Below, in pieces: positions 9,116 through 18,320 of a stretch of DNA of 58,425 nt (positions within the stretch are counted from its first letter, which is position 1; every line of letters begins with the position of its first letter). Position numbers and translations under genes: made by a program. Below the pieces are notes generated by a model, which was not told where the DNA came from, ran no database searches, and saw only the letters and a program-made list of their open reading frames with translations. The stretch comes from Nautiliaceae bacterium (lineage in GTDB: Bacteria > Campylobacterota > Campylobacteria > Campylobacterales > Nautiliaceae), in contig JALTBU010000203.1 of the NCBI GenBank assembly GCA_027008345.1, forward strand, positions 1 to 58,425, given 5' to 3'.

Positions 9116-10966
9116 TTACAGCCCCTTTACAATTATTAAGATTGCAATAACAATTATAGCAACACCTATTACCATTTGTCCCATATAACCACCAATTCTA
9201 CCTGTATGTCCTATTTTGAAGAACTTATATGTATAAAGTGACATAGCCACAGTTGCGTTAACTATATAATCAATTACATATGTATCAAACCATCTTGCGG
9301 CTTTTGCCATAGCATTTACAAAAATATTTTTAGAAATCCATGTAATCATAGCTTCAACATAATAACCATTAAAAAGTACTTGATGGATTGTCTGTACAAA
9401 ATGATGAGATGCTATTTTATAAAGAAGATTTAATCCTTTAACATATAATCCCACAACAATTAAGAAAATAATTAACATTGAAGTAAGCATAAATGCTGTC
9501 AACCCTTCAACTTCTGGCTCTACTACTTCTTTTCCTACGATATAATGAACTATATCACTTTGCCAAATTGAAATAAAAAGTGTAGTAAATGCCAAAATTC
9601 CAAGAGGAAGTCTCATCCAAATATTACTTGGTTTATGAACGCTTCCTGCTATATCTTCATTTCTTGGTTCACCAAGGAATATTAAAATCCAAAGTCTTGT
9701 AATATATGCAATAGAAAGCAGTGCTGCAATAGTTACAAAAGTAGCAGTAAATCCATTACCCCACTCCCATGCGGCACTAACAACCATCTCTTTTGAGAAG
9801 AAACCACTAAATGGTGGAACACCTGCAAGTGAGAGTGAACCCATTGCAAAGAATAATGCCACCCAAGGAGCTGTTTTAATAAGACCACCGAGTTTCCATG
9901 CATCTTTTGTATGATGTGCTATATAAATTACCGCACCCGCTGCAAGGAATAGCAACGCTTTAAAGATTGCATGGTTTACAAGATGAAGCATACCTGCTGC
10001 CAAACTTCCAACACCAAGACCTACAAATGCAATTGAAAGATGCGACATTGTAGAATAAGCAAGTATTTTTTTAATCTCTTTTTGAACAAGTGCAGAAGTA
10101 GAACCAATGAATGCTGAAAGAGCAGCAACATTTGCAACTATAAATAAAGCTTCTGTATAGGCAAAGAAATCAAACATTCTTGCAACTATATAAATACCAC
10201 TGTTAACCATTGTCGCACCATGGATAAGTGCAGAAACAGTAGTAGGTCCCTCCATTGCGTTCATAAGCCATGGATATAATGGAAACTGACCTGATTTACC
10301 TATAGCACCCATAAATACGAAAAGTGCTACAACCAATGCAAGAGTTTTATTTAATTCACCAGCGTCTGCTAAATGATTTAATTCTACTAAATTTGTAGTT
10401 CCTACAAAAATCATTAAAAGAGCAATTGCAGCTAATATAAATATATCACCGAATCTTGTATAAAGAAAAGCCTGCATACCTGCATCAGCTGCTGATTTTT
10501 TATAATACCAAAAGCTGATTAATGCATAACTTGCAAGCCCCATAAATTCCCATCCAATAAAGGCACCAATTAAATCTTTTGTAATAACAAGTAAAATCAT
10601 ACCGCCTATAAAGAAAAGTACTTTTGCATAATATCTTGGCTGATCTGGATCTTCACCCATATAATCATGAGCAAAATGGATATCTAAAAACCCAAGACCA
10701 GTTGCAATTAAAAGCATTACAATAGATAAATGGTCAATATAAATTCCAAATGGAATAGTGAAGTTACCATAATGTATCCAACTTAAATCAAAACTAATAG
10801 GAGTGTTTGAATATTTAATAAATATAGTAACACTTGCTAAAAATAAAACTGCACCGATTATTTCTGCTGTCCAGAAAGCAAGAGGCTGTTTAAACTTACC
10901 TAATATATATGCTAGCGCCGCCCCGATAAAAGGCGCTATTAATAAAACATATACTGCATTATTCAT
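9116..10966 (-). CDS. nuoL: complex I subunit L (antiporter-like, long lateral helix)
   Basis: 616 aa. It contains GWEFMGLASYALISFWY, AYSTMSHLS and a C-terminal extension, as in NuoL/ND5. Confidence 0.92.
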   Translation of the reverse strand: MNNAVYVLLIAPFIGAALAYILGKFKQPLAFWTAEIIGAVLFLASVTIFIKYSNTPISFDLSWIHYGNFTIPFGIYIDHLSIVMLLIATGLGFLDIHFAHDYMGEDPDQPRYYAKVLFFIGGMILLVITKDLIGAFIGWEFMGLASYALISFWYYKKSAADAGMQAFLYTRFGDIFILAAIALLMIFVGTTNLVELNHLADAGELNKTLALVVALFVFMGAIGKSGQFPLYPWLMNAMEGPTTVSALIHGATMVNSGIYIVARMFDFFAYTEALFIVANVAALSAFIGSTSALVQKEIKKILAYSTMSHLSIAFVGLGVGSLAAGMLHLVNHAIFKALLFLAAGAVIYIAHHTKDAWKLGGLIKTAPWVALFFAMGSLSLAGVPPFSGFFSKEMVVSAAWEWGNGFTATFVTIAALLSIAYITRLWILIFLGEPRNEDIAGSVHKPSNIWMRLPLGILAFTTLFISIWQSDIVHYIVGKEVVEPEVEGLTAFMLTSMLIIFLIVVGLYVKGLNLLYKIASHHFVQTIHQVLFNGYYVEAMITWISKNIFVNAMAKAARWFDTYVIDYIVNATVAMSLYTYKFFKIGHTGRIGGYMGQMVIGVAIIVIAILIIVKGL

Positions 10967-11267
10967 CTTCCACCGCCTTATTTAAATTATCAGGGATTAT
11001 TTCCCCTGTAATTCTATTTGTAAGAATAAAAATCAAAACTCCAGCAGCAGCTTCAAGTGTTGCTATAACAATAATAACATATGCAACAGCCAGTCCTTTT
11101 GTAAGACCAAAATGATATGCCGCACTCGCAAGTAAAAGAATCACAGCATTTAAAAGCATTTCAAGTGAAAAAAATATTTTTAAAAAGTCACTTTTACTCG
11201 TCACACCATACAAGCCGACACCAAAAAGAATTAAAGCCGCTATGGCATCAATGTAAAATCCAACCAT
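10959..11267 (-). CDS. nuoK: complex I subunit K
   Basis: 102 aa with three TM helices. Position and size fit NuoK/ND4L, and FFSLEMLLNAVILLL carries the conserved Glu. Confidence 0.88.
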   Translation of the reverse strand: MVGFYIDAIAALILFGVGLYGVTSKSDFLKIFFSLEMLLNAVILLLASAAYHFGLTKGLAVAYVIIVIATLEAAAGVLIFILTNRITGEIIPDNLNKAVEDE

Positions 11268-11270
11268 TTT

Positions 11271-11738
11271 TTATTCCTTTCCATGTTTTAGGGTATGAAG
11301 CATTCTAATACTTCCATATAGAATACTTGCTGCAACAACACCCATAAATATTGCAATTAACGAATAAAAATCTGTAAATATTTTAACCTGATCTTTAAGA
11401 GGTATTACTTTACCCTCAACAGGAATATCCGGAATTAAAAACGGAACAATCAACAGACCAATAATAACAATTGTTACTATACTTACAGCCCAAGGTCTAA
11501 TTTTAAATTCAGGAAATTTTGATCCTATTACTGTTACACCAAAAAGTGTAAGAACAACTATACCACCTGTATATACAAAAATTTGGAATAAACCAAGAAG
11601 TTTTTCACCTAAAAGGATGTAATAAATCCCAAGTAAAAACATCATACTAACAAATGCAATAACAGCCGATACAGTATTTTTTTGAACCAAACTCATAACC
11701 GCTAAAATAATGGCAAGAGCTAAAATTAAAACACTCAT
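11271..11738 (-). CDS. nuoJ: complex I subunit J
   Basis: 155 aa and hydrophobic. Its position between nuoI and nuoK fits NuoJ/ND6. Confidence 0.85.
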   Translation of the reverse strand: MSVLILALAIILAVMSLVQKNTVSAVIAFVSMMFLLGIYYILLGEKLLGLFQIFVYTGGIVVLTLFGVTVIGSKFPEFKIRPWAVSIVTIVIIGLLIVPFLIPDIPVEGKVIPLKDQVKIFTDFYSLIAIFMGVVAASILYGSIRMLHTLKHGKE

Positions 11739-12307
11739 TTTTCATCCCCTTTATTTTGTGCAGGTGCACTTTTTTCAGTATTAGATTCATTTTGAGCTTT
11801 TGCTGCTTCTTCCGCTTTCTTTTTAGCCTCAGCTTCAGCTTTTTTCTTTGCCATCATTTCAGCTCTTTTCCTTGCTTTTTCTTCTTCTTCTCTTTTTTTC
11901 TGTTCAATCCATTCCTCAGGTACTTCCACCCTAACCCAGAAATTTTCAAGGGCATCATGAGTACCCTCAGTAATCATTTCTATATCTCCACCTGCAAGTT
12001 TGATGGCTTTTTCAGGTTTTGTAGGACATACATCCTCACAAAGACCACAAAAAATACATACTGCCAAATTAACCTCAGGTATTTTATTTGGTCTTTTAAT
12101 AGGTAAAGGTTTCATTACAATTGCATCAACTGGACATATTTTATTACAAGCATCACATCCTGTGCAGATATCGTATTTCACAACGTGTCTTCCCCTAAAA
12201 ATAGGAGATTTGTGAGCTGGTTCTTTTACTATATCTTTTGTTGCAATTCTTGGCTCTGTCCAAGCTTTTAAAACTCTCAGCATTTTTTCAGAAATTTGAA
12301 ACAACAT
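11735..12307 (-). CDS. nuoI: complex I subunit I (2x[4Fe-4S]) with a roughly 60-aa Lys/Glu/Ala-rich C-terminal tail
   Basis: 190 aa with two ferredoxin-type motifs, CTGCDACNKICP and CIFCGLCEDVCP. Residues 131-190 read EEWIEQKKREEEEKARKRAEMMAKKKAEAEAKKKAEEAAKAQNESNTEKSAPAQNKGDEK. Confidence 0.92.
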   Translation of the reverse strand: MLFQISEKMLRVLKAWTEPRIATKDIVKEPAHKSPIFRGRHVVKYDICTGCDACNKICPVDAIVMKPLPIKRPNKIPEVNLAVCIFCGLCEDVCPTKPEKAIKLAGGDIEMITEGTHDALENFWVRVEVPEEWIEQKKREEEEKARKRAEMMAKKKAEAEAKKKAEEAAKAQNESNTEKSAPAQNKGDEK

Positions 12308-12308
12308 C

Positions 12309-13280
12309 TTAAACTCCTACAATATATAATTTTGCAAATGTAATCCACACCAAATTTAATATCGCCAGAGGTGTCAACCAGCTCCATGTAAATTTGAGCA
12401 TCTGATCAAGTCTAAGTCTTGGGTTAGACGCCCTGATGGCAACCATTACAACTGCAAGAAGCGCTATTTTCAAAAACAACCACCAGAAACTATCAAAAAA
12501 CAATCCTCTATATCCTCCAAAAAACAGTGTAACTGCCGCCGCACTTACCACTAAAATTTCTGTAAATTCCGCAAATTTTAAAAGCGTATAGTTTGTTCCT
12601 GCATACTCAGTATAAAATCCATAAACAATTTCCTGTTCTGCATCAGGAATATTAAATGGAGGCTGTTCAAGAATACCAAGCATTGTAATAATGAAAATTA
12701 TTGCACCCGGCAGTAAAATAAGCGTTGTAAGCCAAGTGTTAGAATACATAATTTCATATAAATTCATTGTACCAAATAAAAGTGCCGGTGAAAGCGCTGC
12801 TAGGAAAAACGGTGCTTCCATTGAAATCATCTGAGCCAAAATTCTCATACCACCTAAAAATGAATATTTGTTATGACTTCCAAAACCTGTAAGGAACAAT
12901 AAGAAAGGTTCAACTCCAATTAATACAACCAGTCCAAGTACTCCATATTGAGTATCTACAATACCATGCCCGTTATTAATAAGAGGAGTCCAAGGTATTA
13001 AAACAACTGGAAGTGCTGCCACAAGAGGTGTAATTATCGGAATAATGTTAAACAAATATGGATCTGCACTTTTTGGAGTAATAGACTCTTTTGTCAAAAG
13101 TTTAAAAACATCCCAAACAGTCTGCAAACTGCCTCCCGGCCCGTTATAATGCGGACCTACCCTTTTATGAATATAAGCAAGTGTTTTTCTTGCAAAATAA
13201 AATACAAAAAATGTCCAGGCAAGCAAAAATAAAAGACCCGGAAAAACCAAAATATAAAATAACATTTGCCAAATACTCAT
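12309..13280 (-). CDS. nuoH: complex I subunit H
   Basis: 323 aa and polytopic. PDAEQEIVYGFYTEYAGTNYTLLKFAEF is the NuoH/ND1 signature. Confidence 0.92.
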   Translation of the reverse strand: MSIWQMLFYILVFPGLLFLLAWTFFVFYFARKTLAYIHKRVGPHYNGPGGSLQTVWDVFKLLTKESITPKSADPYLFNIIPIITPLVAALPVVLIPWTPLINNGHGIVDTQYGVLGLVVLIGVEPFLLFLTGFGSHNKYSFLGGMRILAQMISMEAPFFLAALSPALLFGTMNLYEIMYSNTWLTTLILLPGAIIFIITMLGILEQPPFNIPDAEQEIVYGFYTEYAGTNYTLLKFAEFTEILVVSAAAVTLFFGGYRGLFFDSFWWLFLKIALLAVVMVAIRASNPRLRLDQMLKFTWSWLTPLAILNLVWITFAKLYIVGV

Positions 13281-13289
13281 TTCATCCTC

Positions 13290-14945
13290 CTATCTATCCA
13301 AGTCACCCTGACAGATATGCATGCTTCCATATAGAAGCGGGATATCTGATAAGGTATGACCAGGTATTAATTTTTCAAGCATTCTTGTATGATTCACACT
13401 CGGCGCTTTTATTTTAAGTCTGTATGGACTTGTAGATTTTGGCATTGTCACAAGATGCATAAGCATCTCACCCCTTGCCCATTCTACTCTGCTTACAGCT
13501 TCACCTTCTGGCATACGGCGTGGCATTTTCACCATATGGTCTTTTTTAGGATCCATTTCTCCGGCTTCAACACCTTCTTCAATTTTTTTCATTGCCTGTT
13601 TAATTAAATCAATTGACTGATTAATTTCTTTATATATTATAAAAAGTCTATCTCTTGCATCTCCACTGTCACATGTCACATAATCCATTTCAAGATCACC
13701 ATATCCTGCATAAGGTTCATCTATCCTGACATCAGTTTTTACATTACTTGCCCTTGCAATTGGACCTTGAAGATAATTATCAATTACATCTTCTTTTGTA
13801 AATATTCCTGTATCTTTTGCCCTTGTTGTCATAAGAGGGTTTTTTAAGAAAATGTCTTCAATATCAGGTTTTACACTCTCCCATTTTTCAATTGCTTTAT
13901 TAATTTCATCAAACCAAGCTTTATAATCATTAAGAGGATATCTAACTCCACCCGGTTCTATACATGCAGTTGCAATTCTTGCACCTGAGTAGTCTTCTAA
14001 AACATCAAGGAAATATTCTCTTACATCCAAACACCACATTAAAAATGTCTGAAGTCCCATTGTTCCAAAAAATCCACCCATTGAAATCAAATGGCTTACA
14101 GTTCTTCCAAGTTCTCCTAAAATTACTCTCATATATTTAGCAAACGGAGTTATCTCTTTTCCTGCAATCTCTTCCACTGCCTGAGCATAGCAAATCATAG
14201 GATTTGTATTATCCATAAAGCAAACTCTCTCAACTGCAACAATTGTTCCTATAAAATCTTTTCTCTCGGCAAGTTTTTCGAGAGCTCTCCAAACATAACC
14301 AATATCGGGTTCTACTTTTTCAATATTTTCACCATTTACATAAACTTTAAGTCTAATAGGACCGCTTGCAGGGTGTGTAGGTCCCCAGTGAAGAATGGTT
14401 CTGCTGTCTTCATGCCCCATAGTTTCTTCATTTTCTTCATACTCTTCAAAAAATTCATCAGAAATAGCATTTACATTTTCAATTAATTGTTTTTCATGCG
14501 CTTCCCAGTCAAAATCTTTTCTGAAAGGAAATTTACCGTAATAATCAGCACTTATTAAAAAATATCTAAGATTTGGATGACCTTTAAATTTAACACCAAA
14601 AGTTGAATAACTTTCAAGTTCGTGATAATCTGCACTCTCAAGTATTGGAGTAATTGAATCAATTTCGCACTTTTCAAGTTCTCTATCTATATCAACTTTT
14701 AACCATACATTTTTTTTATTGATAATATCTTCAAGAAAATAATTAATCTCCATTCTATTTTCTTCTGGGAAATCAGTAGGTGAAACAGTTGAACAGCTTT
14801 TTATACCTGCTTCTTTTAGTGCTGAAACCACTTTTGTAATATCATCTTTGTTTTTAAGTTTAGCTTTAACCCATGTAGGTTTGTAATCTTCAACATATTC
14901 CATATCAAATTTATTTAAAATATCTTTAATTTTCTCCATAGCCAT
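13290..14945 (-). CDS. nuoCD: fused complex I subunits C and D
   Basis: 551 aa. The N-terminal 170 aa or so are NuoC-like (HELESYSTFGVKFKGHPNLRYFL). An acidic linker follows, then a NuoD-like part (HWGPTHPASGPIRLKV...IGYVWRALEKLAE ... GSMHICQGDLDR). Confidence 0.9.
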   Translation of the reverse strand: MAMEKIKDILNKFDMEYVEDYKPTWVKAKLKNKDDITKVVSALKEAGIKSCSTVSPTDFPEENRMEINYFLEDIINKKNVWLKVDIDRELEKCEIDSITPILESADYHELESYSTFGVKFKGHPNLRYFLISADYYGKFPFRKDFDWEAHEKQLIENVNAISDEFFEEYEENEETMGHEDSRTILHWGPTHPASGPIRLKVYVNGENIEKVEPDIGYVWRALEKLAERKDFIGTIVAVERVCFMDNTNPMICYAQAVEEIAGKEITPFAKYMRVILGELGRTVSHLISMGGFFGTMGLQTFLMWCLDVREYFLDVLEDYSGARIATACIEPGGVRYPLNDYKAWFDEINKAIEKWESVKPDIEDIFLKNPLMTTRAKDTGIFTKEDVIDNYLQGPIARASNVKTDVRIDEPYAGYGDLEMDYVTCDSGDARDRLFIIYKEINQSIDLIKQAMKKIEEGVEAGEMDPKKDHMVKMPRRMPEGEAVSRVEWARGEMLMHLVTMPKSTSPYRLKIKAPSVNHTRMLEKLIPGHTLSDIPLLYGSMHICQGDLDR

Positions 14946-14948
14946 CCC

Positions 14949-15422
14949 TTAAAATTTCATTTGTTTCCAAAGGCCGCCTTGGCTTGACGCGCTTGGCTCA
15001 CCTCTTTTTATTTTTTCTTTAAGTTCTTCAAGTCCGGCAACAATAGCTTCCGGTTTAGGAGGGCATCCCGCAACAAAAACATCTGCTGGAAGAATTTCCG
15101 TCATATTTTTTATAACAGACGGGGACTCGTTATATGGTCCTCCGTCATATGCACAAGCACCGATAGCCACAACATATCTTGGTTCTGGCATTTGCTCATA
15201 TGTTCTAAGAAGAGCCGGCAATATTTTTTTACTAACAAGTCCTGTAATAAATATAATATCAGCCTGTCTTGGAGTCGGAGTCATAATATATCCATATCTC
15301 TCCCAGTCATATCTTGGACCCATTGCCGCTAACATTTCAAGTGAGCAGCATCCGCTACAAAAGTGAACAATCCAAGGAGATTTACTCCTTGCATAATTAA
15401 AAAAATCAAGAACTTTTAGCAT
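14949..15422 (-). CDS. nuoB: complex I subunit B (cluster N2)
   Basis: 157 aa. CSGCCSLEM, GACAYDGGPY and GCPPKPE are the NuoB/PSST cysteine motifs. Confidence 0.95.
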   Translation of the reverse strand: MLKVLDFFNYARSKSPWIVHFCSGCCSLEMLAAMGPRYDWERYGYIMTPTPRQADIIFITGLVSKKILPALLRTYEQMPEPRYVVAIGACAYDGGPYNESPSVIKNMTEILPADVFVAGCPPKPEAIVAGLEELKEKIKRGEPSASSQGGLWKQMKF

Positions 15423-15744
15423 TTCTATACTCCTTCATACTAATTGTAATAGCTGCAAACATTAAAATTCCAAATACCATTGCCCATTTTAAAGCATCAG
15501 GGTTATCGGCAAATACAAACAAACTGAAAAACAGACCAGCCATATCGAAAACAATAAATGCAATTGCGAAAATAAAATATCCGAAATTCGCTTTCATAGG
15601 TACTTCACTGCTTGGCGGAAGTCCACATTCAAAATGGTCATTTTTAACTTCACCCGGATTAAATGGTGCTACCATAATCCCTAAGAAATACAATAAAATT
15701 ACCCCGGCAAGAATTCCGGAAGCATAAATTAAAACAGTTTCCAT
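15406..15744 (-). CDS. nuoA: complex I subunit A
   Basis: 112 aa with three TM helices and the FECGLPP motif. It is the first gene of the cluster and overlaps nuoB by 17 nt. Confidence 0.88.
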   Translation of the reverse strand: METVLIYASGILAGVILLYFLGIMVAPFNPGEVKNDHFECGLPPSSEVPMKANFGYFIFAIAFIVFDMAGLFFSLFVFADNPDALKWAMVFGILMFAAITISMKEYRNAKSS

Positions 15745-15881
15745 ATACTTCTCCTTTTTCTCAAAATATTATCAAAACTTTTTAGATACCTGTTTTTAAT
15801 ATAGCGTATTATAAGTTAAAATTATAATAAATTTTGTCTTATTTATTTAATATATTTTTAATGTGTTACAAATTGTAATAA

Positions 15882-17639
15882 TTATAGTTTAAATCCAAGT
15901 TCTTTTTCAGCATCAAAAGCATTTGCTTTTTCTTTTTGAATCTCTTCAACAAAATCTTTAACAAAAAATATAGGTTTTTTCTTCATAGCAACTTTTAAAG
16001 CCGTGTTTTTTACAATAAGCTCAATCTGAGCCGGTGTAAGCTCGTATTTAGCAAGAATTTTAATATCAAAATTTTCCTCAAAATCTGCATTTTTAGGCAG
16101 TTTTATTTTCCATACTTTAATTCTGTCTTTAAATGATGGTTTTTCAAATTTTATTTTATAATCAAACCTTCTTGAAAAAGCTTTATCAATAGTTTCTAAG
16201 AGGTTTGTAGTAGCAATCAATACACCATCAAACTTTTCAAGCTGTTCAAGAAAAATATTTTGCATTTGATTATGCATTTTATCAGCACTACTAAAACTTG
16301 CAGTGGTTCTTGTAGATAAAAATTGGTCTGCTTCGTTTAGTAACAAAACAGGTTTTATTTTAAGTTTATCAGAAATTTCATAATATTCATCAAACATTCT
16401 TCTTACATTTTTTTCACTCTCTCCCACATACATAGAGAGAATTTTGCTTGAATCAAGACTTAAAACAGGTTTTTTAAGTTCATTTGCAATAGAATATGCG
16501 GTAAGTGTTTTACCTGTACCAGGATGCCCATAAAAAATTATTCTCGCAGATATATCATCAGTTGTTTTTATATTCCATTTTTTAAGTAAATTTTGAACTT
16601 TCTTATCTGTCTGTTTCAAAACATTTTTTATCATTTCCATTGTTTTTTTAGGAAGCACTACATCTTTTAGTGTAGTTTCAGGTTCTACAAAATCAAAAAT
16701 AGTATCTTTAACAATATGTTCAAGTTTGTGTTTCTTGCGTGGATGAATAAGCTCGTTTAATATTTCTTCATTTATAAAATATATTTTTGTATATCCTCCA
16801 AAAGCCCCAAAAAGTTCATCATAATCCAAAATACCATCATTTAAAAGTTTTGAAGATTCATCAAGTAAGCTTCTGTTTTTAATTCTTTCAATCTCATCAT
16901 TACTTATAAGATTTAAAAGATAATTCATCTCCCTCGCATTTTCATTTGTCGAGGTATATTCTTCTTTTAAGAGTGCAAGAAAAATAATCTCTTCTTTGTC
17001 ATTAAGTTCATTTTCTACAATAAAATTATGTACCGGTAGATCTATTTTAGTTTTATTTATTCTCTCTTTTATCGTATTTTCGATAAGTTTTAATTTACTT
17101 TGAAGTCTTTTAATAGATGAAGATTCATTTGAATAGCTGTTTTTTAAATTAGCAAGCTGTGTATAAATTTCTATTCTTAAAAACTGGTCTTGAAGATATT
17201 CAAGATGGTCCGTGTAAGGTTTTTTTTCAGGTATCATTAAATCAAGGGAACCTTTTTCAAGAAGTTTTAGAAATGAAACAGATAAAGAAACATTGGCATT
17301 GTAAAGTTCGAGTATATTTAAATCCGGTGTTTTTACTCCAAATGAGGCACTTACCATCCACCCTTCATCAATAAGATGTTTTATAAATTCTGCATATTCA
17401 ATAGCTTCTAATTTATCTCTTTCAAACACTTCATTTAAAAGTTCTCTAACTCTTATATCTTCTTTACCCTCTAAATATCTATCAAGCATATATTGAAGAA
17501 TTTTAATTTCTTCATTACTAACACCTAATATCTCATAAATTTTACTTTTTTTAGGATGTTTTAAAAACGCCTTTATGTTTTTAATCAAAAGTTCTCCTTG
17601 ATTTTTATATAATTTTATCAAAAAAGGCATTAAATGCAA
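15882..17639 (-). CDS. AAA+ ATPase with a long uncharacterised N-terminal region
   Basis: 585 aa with a single C-terminal AAA module: Walker A GHPGTGKTLTA, Walker B PVLLLNEADQF, and sensor/Arg-finger region TTNLLETIDKAFSRRFDYKIKF. The track start is TTG at 17639. An ATG at 17630 (MPFLIK...) would remove the 6-nt head-to-head overlap with rsmE. Confidence 0.85.
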   Translation of the reverse strand: MHLMPFLIKLYKNQGELLIKNIKAFLKHPKKSKIYEILGVSNEEIKILQYMLDRYLEGKEDIRVRELLNEVFERDKLEAIEYAEFIKHLIDEGWMVSASFGVKTPDLNILELYNANVSLSVSFLKLLEKGSLDLMIPEKKPYTDHLEYLQDQFLRIEIYTQLANLKNSYSNESSSIKRLQSKLKLIENTIKERINKTKIDLPVHNFIVENELNDKEEIIFLALLKEEYTSTNENAREMNYLLNLISNDEIERIKNRSLLDESSKLLNDGILDYDELFGAFGGYTKIYFINEEILNELIHPRKKHKLEHIVKDTIFDFVEPETTLKDVVLPKKTMEMIKNVLKQTDKKVQNLLKKWNIKTTDDISARIIFYGHPGTGKTLTAYSIANELKKPVLSLDSSKILSMYVGESEKNVRRMFDEYYEISDKLKIKPVLLLNEADQFLSTRTTASFSSADKMHNQMQNIFLEQLEKFDGVLIATTNLLETIDKAFSRRFDYKIKFEKPSFKDRIKVWKIKLPKNADFEENFDIKILAKYELTPAQIELIVKNTALKVAMKKKPIFFVKDFVEEIQKEKANAFDAEKELGFKL

Positions 17640-18293
17640 TTTTTATACTATCCGGATACTTCTGATACAGTTATATTAAGCGGAGAAGCACATAAATACC
17701 TTTTTAAGGTAAGAAGAATAAAAAAAGACGAAATTATAAAAATAAGAAATTTAAAAGACGATTATCTTTATCATTACAAAATCAAAGAAATAAATAAAAA
17801 AGAAGCGGTTTTAATATTAGACAAAAACGAATTCAAACCTCAAAAACCCTCAAAATTTTTTCATCTTGCATGGTGCATGATAGATCCTAAAAACATAGAA
17901 AAAACACTTCCAACATTAAATGAAATGGGGGTTGGTAAAATAAGTTTTATATATTGCGATTTTTCTCAAAAAAATTTCAAATTAAAACTTGATAGACTTA
18001 AAAAAATTCTTATTAATTCAAACCAACAATGCGGAAGAAGTGATATAATGGAAATTGAAATAATAGATTCAAGTAAAGAATTTTTCGAAAAATATCCACA
18101 ATTTACGGCACTTGATTTTGACGGAGAAAAAATAAAATGCGACAAAAGATATTCAAATCCTTTTTTAATTGGACCGGAAGGAGGATTCAGTGAAAGCGAA
18201 AGAAAATATTTCATACAAAAAATAAAATTTGACAGTTTCATTTTAAAAAGTGAAAGCGCAGCATGTGCCATCAGTGCCAAAATTTTATTATAA
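17634..18293 (+). CDS. rsmE: 16S rRNA (uracil1498-N3)-methyltransferase
   Basis: 219 aa. The N-terminal PUA-like opening is GEAHKYLFKVRRIK and the C-terminal SPOUT motif is LIGPEGGFSESE. Confidence 0.85.
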   Translation: MQFLYYPDTSDTVILSGEAHKYLFKVRRIKKDEIIKIRNLKDDYLYHYKIKEINKKEAVLILDKNEFKPQKPSKFFHLAWCMIDPKNIEKTLPTLNEMGVGKISFIYCDFSQKNFKLKLDRLKKILINSNQQCGRSDIMEIEIIDSSKEFFEKYPQFTALDFDGEKIKCDKRYSNPFLIGPEGGFSESERKYFIQKIKFDSFILKSESAACAISAKILL

Positions 18294-18294
18294 T
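18289..18294 (+). promoter_or_regulatory. possible -10 hexamer for the downstream seven-gene operon
   Basis: An exact TATAAT lies 26 nt upstream of the TTG start at 18321, with AAAGGCGG (Shine-Dalgarno-like) in between. TATAAT is common by chance in DNA this A+T-rich. Confidence 0.2.
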
Positions 18295-18320
18295 ACGCAA
18301 AATATTATCAAAGGCGGTCA

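Noticed and set aside
11756-12106. 116-aa + strand ORF (and the 12000..12215 ORF) opposite nuoI.
   Set aside because: It is antisense to the Lys/Glu/Ala-rich tail of nuoI, so it translates as runs of F, S and C. It has no start context and lies inside a tightly packed operon.
13290-14945. NuoCD considered as the large subunit of a membrane-bound [NiFe] hydrogenase (Ech/Hyc/Mbh type).
   Set aside because: Only one Cys of each ligand pair is present (RVCFMD and HICQGD), so a NiFe site cannot be assembled. The surrounding genes are a full NuoA, H, J, K, L, M, N membrane arm rather than an Ech- or Mrp-type set. No hyp or maturation protease genes are adjacent.
15866-15878. Perfect 13-bp palindrome TTACAAATTGTAA just downstream of the AAA+ gene, in the nuo upstream region, considered as a possible operator.
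   Set aside because: It is short and wholly A/T-biased in a very A+T-rich spacer, so chance occurrence is likely. There is no second copy and no recognisable regulator-box consensus.
17628-17639. 6-nt head-to-head overlap of the AAA+ ATPase start (TTG 17639) and the rsmE start (ATG 17634).
   Set aside because: It is probably an artefact of taking the longest ORF. An ATG at 17630 (MPFLIK...) gives a non-overlapping start for the ATPase. In either case both promoters must lie inside the neighbouring coding region, which is unremarkable in a genome this compact.
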